A stretch of 64,000 bases of DNA from an uncultured virus (IMG/VR IMGVR_UViG_3300029305_007917) (Duplodnaviria > Heunggongvirae > Uroviricota > Caudoviricetes). The notes below the pieces were generated by a model, which saw only the letters and a list, made by a program, of their open reading frames with translations, was not told the DNA's origin and ran no database searches. The DNA is taken from IMG/VR virus record IMGVR_UViG_3300029305_007917. One strand, given 5' to 3'. This document shows, piece by piece, positions 57,657 through 64,000 of the stretch. Position numbers and translations under genes: made by a program. Numbering within the stretch: position 1 is the stretch's first letter; each line of letters starts with the position of its first letter.

Positions 57657-59657
57657 TTATCCTTTTAATTGTTCATACGAATCAACAATTGCACTGACTA
57701 CTGAATCTATGTCAGTTTCCACTGTTGCTTCAATTTTAAAGTAATGGTCATAATGTCCATTGTAAGGGATTTCAGAACCTAAATTTTGCAATTCAATATT
57801 AGTTGGTTTTTCTATTTCAATTACAATCGAATTAGTTTTAAACTTAATCTCTGCATAGGATTTGTTTTTAGGATTGTCGTTTGACCCTATTCCGATGTAC
57901 TGTTTACTTGAAGTAGTATATGTATATGTGTTAGGGATTTTTTCAAATACCTTTTCACGAAGACGCATATACAAATCAACGAGAACTTGATTTTTGTTGT
58001 CTAAATATTCTGCTTCATCAACCTTTTCTATTGAATTCTCAACATATTCATCAAAAGCTAAATTTGAATTGAATACTGCAAATCCTTTTGTTTCAAAAGC
58101 TGATAACAAATCTTCCAATGTTTTATATTCGGTATTAAATATAATATCTCTGTCGTATTTAAATGCATCATTCCACAAATACATAAGAACTTTTTCACCG
58201 AATATTTTACGACTTTTGAGGTCGTCTGATTTCACAAAATATGCGCCAAGACGATTATCTTCGCTACTCAAATTACCATCGCTGATATCAATAATTGTGT
58301 CATTGATTCTTTTAGCAAAAATATACCAAGTAACATTAGTTCCTGCTATACATTCGTCAGCGTGTTCACAAGCTGCAATATCGTTTTTAATACTACGCAT
58401 AACCCATCTACGCTTGAAAGCAGTATCCAAGGTAAATACATTTTGGTCAGCTGTATTCATTGTAGCTAAAATGGTGAGGTTTGTAGGGATTTTCACTTCA
58501 TGCTCTTTATCACCATAAACGTAACTTGCTATATCGAAGTTGGTTATTCCATACTCACTTTCGCCATTCTCTCTATCAAGAAGTTGAAATACCTCACCGA
58601 AAATAGCTGGGGCATTACCTCTATTGATTTCTTCAATAACGAGGAAATGCATTTTACCTTCTTTGTCGTCTATTGCATCTTTCAAGATTTTTGTGAAAGG
58701 CCCCGCAGTGAATTTATATGTAATATTTTCTTCACCGTTACTCCTATCAATTATAGGTAAGATTTGTCCTATAAAATCTGAGTAGGTATAATCAGGATGA
58801 AACACTACTCTTTCCATATACTTTTTATCATTGCAGTAGTCTCTTTTGATAGTATGGCTTTTTCCACAACCCGGAACACCATACAAAATAACATTTTCAC
58901 CCATTACTGTAGTCAAAGGTTCAACAGCCACTGATTCTTCACTCTTATCTCGGTGGTCATTTAGCAAATATTCCAAATAGACAGTTAAACTTGAAAACTT
59001 TTGTTTTACATCTTCGTATTCCGCACCAATATATGTTGTGTCGCAAAGAGAAATCAAATTATTCAGATTATATTCAGGGTTTAAGGCGAGTTCACTTTGA
59101 CTTGCTTTTCTAAAATAATTAGTACCCAACAAGAAATTAAACACTGAATTTACTGATTCGTTCTTCTCTGCAGAACCCCAAACAACGGAATTGTATGCTT
59201 CCTTCATCTGCTCTTTTGATACCACTGTTAAGCCATTTGTTTTCATATAGGAAAGCAAATGATATAAAATGTGAATTATTTTTCCGTTAACCGGTTGGAT
59301 ATAATTCAAAAAGACAATATCCATATAATCCTTGACGGTAATATTTCCTTTGGCTACCTCAATTGCTAAATCAGTTAAATCCAAGTCACTGTTTTTCCAT
59401 ATTCCCATCTCGTGACCAATAGTATACTGACTTTCAAAAGCACCGACATTTCCAGAATAAGTGCCTGAGTCAAATTTGAACAATTCGTATGCGTGTTCTA
59501 ATTTTTCAGCTATAATTTCTTTGTCACTGCGGTCCGAGTTTTTATTGTTAATTTTAGTTTGATATGTTGCGTGAATTAAACTTAATAATGTCTCTGCTTT
59601 TTTTGTTCTACACAAAGTATCAAAATAAATATGATTGTGATTTCCACAAAAAGCCAT
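57657..59657 (-). CDS. McrB-like AAA+ GTPase subunit, allele 2 (different N-terminal domain)
   Basis: GVPGCGKS, IEEINRG, MNTAD; C-terminal part near-identical to allele 1. Confidence 0.9.
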   Translation of the reverse strand: MAFCGNHNHIYFDTLCRTKKAETLLSLIHATYQTKINNKNSDRSDKEIIAEKLEHAYELFKFDSGTYSGNVGAFESQYTIGHEMGIWKNSDLDLTDLAIEVAKGNITVKDYMDIVFLNYIQPVNGKIIHILYHLLSYMKTNGLTVVSKEQMKEAYNSVVWGSAEKNESVNSVFNFLLGTNYFRKASQSELALNPEYNLNNLISLCDTTYIGAEYEDVKQKFSSLTVYLEYLLNDHRDKSEESVAVEPLTTVMGENVILYGVPGCGKSHTIKRDYCNDKKYMERVVFHPDYTYSDFIGQILPIIDRSNGEENITYKFTAGPFTKILKDAIDDKEGKMHFLVIEEINRGNAPAIFGEVFQLLDRENGESEYGITNFDIASYVYGDKEHEVKIPTNLTILATMNTADQNVFTLDTAFKRRWVMRSIKNDIAACEHADECIAGTNVTWYIFAKRINDTIIDISDGNLSSEDNRLGAYFVKSDDLKSRKIFGEKVLMYLWNDAFKYDRDIIFNTEYKTLEDLLSAFETKGFAVFNSNLAFDEYVENSIEKVDEAEYLDNKNQVLVDLYMRLREKVFEKIPNTYTYTTSSKQYIGIGSNDNPKNKSYAEIKFKTNSIVIEIEKPTNIELQNLGSEIPYNGHYDHYFKIEATVETDIDSVVSAIVDSYEQLKG

Positions 59658-59661
59658 TTAT

Positions 59662-60903
59662 TCACACCTCCGAATATTTCTTTAAGAAAGCATTCACCCC
59701 ATTTGCGAGTGTTTTTGCAAACAATGGTGGTACAGCATTTCCAATCATTTTATATGCATCTGCCATAGAACCTACAAATTCAAAGTCATCGTCAAATGTC
59801 TGTAAGCGTGCTGCCTCACGAACACTAATTGCACGAGCTTGTTTTGAATCATAGTGGATAAATCTTAAGCCATCTTTGTAAAGATGAGCTAAAATAGTTG
59901 TGCTTGGTTTGTCTTTTCTTAAGACATGGTACTTATGCACTTTAGAATTCGCACCGGTAGCCTGATTGTAAATCTCGTTAAGTTTAGCTGAATCCTGATA
60001 CAAATTTTCACCGGTCTCAATATCGTGAGCTAACATTCTAAAGATTTTTATATCTCGTTCATTTTGAAAACGAGCAAAATGCCAAGAATAGTCGCATTCC
60101 GGGATTGAATGTGATACTTTTCTTCCGTTTATCACAACTACCTCTCCGGTGGGATAACATCCGGGCATATCACCTATGGCATCAAATACGGTTTTCTTTA
60201 CTTTAACTTTATATGACTCCAAGATTCTAAAGTAAAAATCCTTTATGATTTCCTGAATGTCATATTCTTTAAAGTATTCTTTGTTAACTCCAAGAATTAT
60301 AACTCGTTTTCGTTGTTGTGGAACACCGAAGTCACTTGTGTCAAGGACTGCCTTACTTAAATCTTCTAACACTTCATAACCGTTACTATTCATATCTCGT
60401 TTAATCAAATCTACAATAGGTGTTCCATCAGGCATTGCAGAAAGCATTCCCGGAACATTTTCAAAAACAAAAACTTTCGGTTTGTAGCGAGATACAATTT
60501 TAAGATAATACTCAAATAAATAGTTACGATAATCATTTTTCATACTATCCTTGTCGCTTACTCTGCCTGCAACAGAATAAGCCTGACACGGAGGTCCACC
60601 AACAATGACATCAATTGAACGATTGTCTATCAATGCATCTAAACCCTTGTTGCTCCCATATTTACCATCGTCCTCAAAGCCATTACACAACTCATCAAAA
60701 CGTTGCATATCAAAACGAATTACACTTTCTTCCGAGTCAACGCATCCCCACTTATCAGCAAGTCTTTTTCTCAAAGTATCTACGGGAGCTTTCTCCCATT
60801 CAACAGATGCAATTGAAGTGAAATGGTTTGATTGCAAAAATCCGTCAAGCAATCCACCACAACCCGCAAAAAGGTCAATTGTGTTATACTTTTTCATTGT
60901 CAT
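59662..60903 (-). CDS. C5 cytosine DNA methyltransferase (allele 2, second)
   Basis: DLFAGCGG, GGPPCQAYS, ENV, PQQRKR, REAARLQTF, IGNAVPP. Confidence 0.93.
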   Translation of the reverse strand: MTMKKYNTIDLFAGCGGLLDGFLQSNHFTSIASVEWEKAPVDTLRKRLADKWGCVDSEESVIRFDMQRFDELCNGFEDDGKYGSNKGLDALIDNRSIDVIVGGPPCQAYSVAGRVSDKDSMKNDYRNYLFEYYLKIVSRYKPKVFVFENVPGMLSAMPDGTPIVDLIKRDMNSNGYEVLEDLSKAVLDTSDFGVPQQRKRVIILGVNKEYFKEYDIQEIIKDFYFRILESYKVKVKKTVFDAIGDMPGCYPTGEVVVINGRKVSHSIPECDYSWHFARFQNERDIKIFRMLAHDIETGENLYQDSAKLNEIYNQATGANSKVHKYHVLRKDKPSTTILAHLYKDGLRFIHYDSKQARAISVREAARLQTFDDDFEFVGSMADAYKMIGNAVPPLFAKTLANGVNAFLKKYSEV

Positions 60904-61978
60904 TCTCCAAATAATTTAATATCTGCATAGCAATAGCCTTGCCCAATAATGGAGGCACTGCATTACCCACTTGTTTATATTGTTCTTGTTTATTTCCAAC
61001 AAATATAAAATCATCCGGGAAACTTTGTAATCTTGCATTTTCTCTCACTGTTGGGATGCGATTGTACTTGTAATGGAAATGAGTTCGATGTCCGGTATCA
61101 ATAGTTAGAGAAGGCTTTTTGCTTGAGTATCTATGTAAGCTCTCATGATATTTGAAATTCTTCGCTAATTCAGGGGGTAAATCCGTATATTTTCCTCCAT
61201 CTGGAACCAATTTCAAATGTGATATTGTTTTTTCTGTATGTTTAGTTGGCGCGTGATTATATACTCTTTTAGAGTTCTTACGCATTATCTTTTGATATTC
61301 AGTCAAAGGTTCTACCGGGTAGTCTCTCACAGTAGAAACACTAAAATCTGTTTCACCTTCCAAGGACGGTAAGTCCCCAATTGCATCTTCGCAAGTTACA
61401 TAGTTATCTTCTGTAAACGAGGGCATGGGATATTCAAATTGGTCTTCTGAATTTAAGATTCCTACAAAAAAGGCTCTTTTTCTAATCTGTGGGACACCGT
61501 AATCCGGAGCATAAAGAACTTTAACATTCATTGTATAACCAAGATTTTGAAAATCCGTAAATATTTTTTCTTTACCCATACCATTATACAGAGTAAGCAT
61601 ACCCGGAACGTTTTCCAATACAACAAATCGAGGTTTCAATTTTTCTGCAGTTTTTACCATTGCCTCATACAAGGTGTTTCTTTTATCTCCTTCCTCACGT
61701 TTACCCGCAAGAGAAAAACCCTGACAAGGGGGTCCACCCACAAGAACATCAAGAGTTAAGTTTTGTGCATTTAGCTCATCAATAATACACTGAATATTAT
61801 CGTGGTTAAAAAGGTCTAATTTCATTGGCTTCGCTGAACCGTGATTCTTGCCAAAGGTTTCTAATGCCGCATTATCGAAATCAACACCTAATACTACATT
61901 AAAACCTGCATCATAAAAACCACGGGAAAGTCCTCCGGCCCCTGAAAACAAGTCAATACAATTATACTTTCTTTCCAT
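60884..61978 (-). CDS. C5 cytosine DNA methyltransferase (allele 2, first)
   Basis: DLFSGAGG, GGPPCQGFS, ENV, PQIRKR, RENARLQSFPD, VGNAVPP. Confidence 0.93.
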   Translation of the reverse strand: MERKYNCIDLFSGAGGLSRGFYDAGFNVVLGVDFDNAALETFGKNHGSAKPMKLDLFNHDNIQCIIDELNAQNLTLDVLVGGPPCQGFSLAGKREEGDKRNTLYEAMVKTAEKLKPRFVVLENVPGMLTLYNGMGKEKIFTDFQNLGYTMNVKVLYAPDYGVPQIRKRAFFVGILNSEDQFEYPMPSFTEDNYVTCEDAIGDLPSLEGETDFSVSTVRDYPVEPLTEYQKIMRKNSKRVYNHAPTKHTEKTISHLKLVPDGGKYTDLPPELAKNFKYHESLHRYSSKKPSLTIDTGHRTHFHYKYNRIPTVRENARLQSFPDDFIFVGNKQEQYKQVGNAVPPLLGKAIAMQILNYLENDNEKV

Positions 61979-62073
61979 GATATTACCTCGTTCAACAACT
62001 GATTTTTTCGTAAATTATATTATATCATAAAAATGCACATTTTGTCGATAAAAATTGAAAATTAATCTCAATT

Positions 62074-62556
62074 TTACAAATTTATGACTTCAACACCATT
62101 TTCTTTTGCATACTTGACAGTGTAAGCCGTGCCACCTGTGTTTTTAGTAAGATAGCTGATACAAAGGCTACTGTTATCTACCAAATGACGATTACGCTTG
62201 AACATACATTCCGGGGTGTAGTTCTTTTCAACATAAACCACCTTGTTTGCCTTTTTAAGAATGTCATTGAATACTTTGACATCCTTTTCCAACCACCCCT
62301 TAAATTGGTCGTAGCAAGGCAGAACGAGGATAAGCTTTACTTGTGGGTGTTTTTCTTGAAGTGACAATACTGTCAGTGCCGCAAGTGTGTCAAATCCCAA
62401 AGCTCCTCCACAGCCAAAGTAACAATAACCCTGACTGATTAAATCCTCAAGTAAATCTGTCAACTGTATTTTTAAGGCTTCATAGCGGTCCTGTGGAATG
62501 ACTCTGTGACCGGTAAAGCAAACTGTATGTAAGCGCTTCTCGTCAACCATAATCAA
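62074..62556 (-). CDS. YspA/DUF1273-like SLOG-family protein, copy 2
   Basis: Near-identical to 5583..6068. Confidence 0.8.
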   Translation of the reverse strand: MIMVDEKRLHTVCFTGHRVIPQDRYEALKIQLTDLLEDLISQGYCYFGCGGALGFDTLAALTVLSLQEKHPQVKLILVLPCYDQFKGWLEKDVKVFNDILKKANKVVYVEKNYTPECMFKRNRHLVDNSSLCISYLTKNTGGTAYTVKYAKENGVEVINL

Positions 62557-62936
62557 TCATCCATAAACATTAAATATTCAGCTTCACGACCTAAAAGTCG
62601 TTTTCTTATTTTATCGTCCTTTTCTTGCAGAAGAACAATCATCCTATCGATGATTTTTTGAACATCACCATCGGTATAGCGTTTATCAAAACAACCATAT
62701 CCTGAAAAATGGTCTTCCCGCAAAAGCATAGTCAGTAATGCACAGCATAAATCAAAATCTGCAGTATCGACACGCATTAACTCTTCATCACAATTAATGG
62801 GTGCTGTTGTCATAAAATCATAATAGTTATATTTTATTAAACCTTCTTTTTCTAAAAGTTCATAGTAGTAATCTGAAAAGCAACAAGGCATCTGTGGTTT
62901 GATTTTCAGCTTTTCAATCATTTCTTTGATAGCCAT
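62553..62936 (-). CDS. Hypothetical protein (DUF6508-like), copy 2
   Basis: Near-identical to 6065..6448. Confidence 0.65.
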   Translation of the reverse strand: MAIKEMIEKLKIKPQMPCCFSDYYYELLEKEGLIKYNYYDFMTTAPINCDEELMRVDTADFDLCCALLTMLLREDHFSGYGCFDKRYTDGDVQKIIDRMIVLLQEKDDKIRKRLLGREAEYLMFMDD

Positions 62937-63134
62937 AAAGTAACAGCACCTTCCTTCTGTTTCCCATAAAATACAAATATATTATAAACATCTTAATAGC
63001 ATTAGTCAATTGCAGTATGTAGGTTCAGTCCCATTTTTCGGTCTTATAATTTCAAAAAAATTTTTTATAATACACAAACCCTAATAACATCAAGGGTTAT
63101 GAGATTTTTTGAAAAGAAATCGCAAAAATAGGGG

Positions 63135-63189
63135 TTGACAAAATCAAAAACCATCGCTACAATAGTAAGCACAACAGAACAAATGTTCG
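63135..63189 (+). promoter_or_regulatory. Sigma-A promoter with LexA box, copy 2
   Basis: Same sequence as 6647..6701. Confidence 0.8.
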
Positions 63190-63226
63190 CTTAACAAGGG
63201 CAACATAAGAAACAAAGGAGGATGCA

Positions 63227-63498
63227 ATGGTTTTAACCTACCAAGAATTAAATGACATGGCTCAAAAAATAGTTGATGAATATCGTAGCCCCAACGACCA
63301 CCCATACATCAACGTTAATATTGAAGAGCTCTTTAAAAAGTTGTACAACCTAAAATTTAAGTTTTGCGACTTGAGTGGCAACAGTTCCGTATTGGGACTT
63401 TTTTCATCTATACCTATAAGGTTCACCATTAAAGAAAATGGTATCTCCACTCTCATTCAACTTGATGGGCAAACTGCCCTCATTGATGAAAGCCTCTT
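63227..63498 (+). pseudogene. ImmA/IrrE peptidase copy truncated before HExxH
   Basis: Matches 6739..7010 then switches to unrelated sequence. Confidence 0.85.
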
Positions 63499-63964
63499 GC
63501 ATCATTTTTATGCTTCCACTATACCAATGTATAATTGCTTTTGTCACATTGTTTTTTTTCAGTATGTCAAAAGCCTCTTTTTCAGAATTGCGTACATGAA
63601 CTGAAAGAATTTTGTGTTTTGCTGCAGATTCTTTGCATATAAAATCAAAAATTTCCATCTGCTTATTTTTGGTGTCAATATACTTTTTTGAAAAATCAAG
63701 ACCAACTTCACCAATGTATTTAGTTGTTGACAATTGATGTAAAAACAATCTTTTATTGAAATTCACCACTTTGATTTGCTGTGGATTAAAACCAAGAGCG
63801 AATTTAATAAATTTACTTTCAGGATATATCTTTTTGCACGAATAATAAATCTCAGGAGTGTTTGTTACACAAAGAGTGTATTGTTCCAATTTATTGATTT
63901 CTCTATACCAATATTCATGATTACTATAATGATCTAAATGAAAATGGGTATCAATCAGTTTCAT
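63499..63964 (-). pseudogene. TatD-family nuclease (QatD-like), 3'-truncated
   Basis: IDTHFHLD, VTNTP, ALGFNPQ, IGEVGLD, SVHVR, IHWYSG; sequence after ...KMMQ is the antisense of the ImmA-like gene. Confidence 0.75.
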
Positions 63965-64000
63965 ATAATCACTCCATTATTGCTTTAAGTTTTGGATCTT

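Larger units (their letters stand above)
55246..63498. mobile_element. Left accessory arm of a second, related element copy (or alternative haplotype), truncated at 63498
   Basis: Repeats the gene order seen at 1..7010 with a different RM cassette; left boundary approximate. Confidence 0.6.

Noticed and set aside
63227..63964. ORFs 63227..63604 and 63404..63964 as intact overlapping genes
   Set aside because: Each tail is antisense read-through of the other gene across the 63498 junction
1..64000. tRNA, rRNA or IS elements
   Set aside because: None recognised by eye; a tRNA scan and IS search would be needed to exclude them formally

Overview
The window is dominated by a temperate siphovirus-type prophage of a low-GC Gram-positive host, probably Clostridia. 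It has replication (PolA, VirE-like primase, SNF2), HK97-type head, long-tail, lysis and serine-recombinase modules from about 9.4 to 47.6 kb. A metK/methyltransferase/moron block sits between terS and terL. The accessory region at the start (LlaJI-type restriction-modification locus, SLOG protein, SOS-boxed ImmA/IrrE peptidase) recurs about 56.5-56.7 kb later. In the second copy both methyltransferases and the N-terminal domain of the McrB-like subunit are replaced, and the copy breaks off at 63498 into a truncated TatD/QatD-like gene. The most unusual items are: (1) a five-gene operon at 47.7-52.4 kb whose serine recombinase carries an uncharacterised C-terminal domain repeated in the next two genes, followed by two degenerate ParB-like proteins; (2) a cis-element cluster at 55.15-55.68 kb with 20-bp-phased repeats, a palindrome, 4x21-bp iterons and a promoter-to-terminator structured RNA; (3) an overprinted EcoHK31I-beta-like ORF inside the phage C5 methyltransferase; (4) a catalytically dead recombinase between two intact ones; (5) a tail-fibre-like cassette displaced upstream of terL. 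All calls come from reading motifs by eye; no searches were run.
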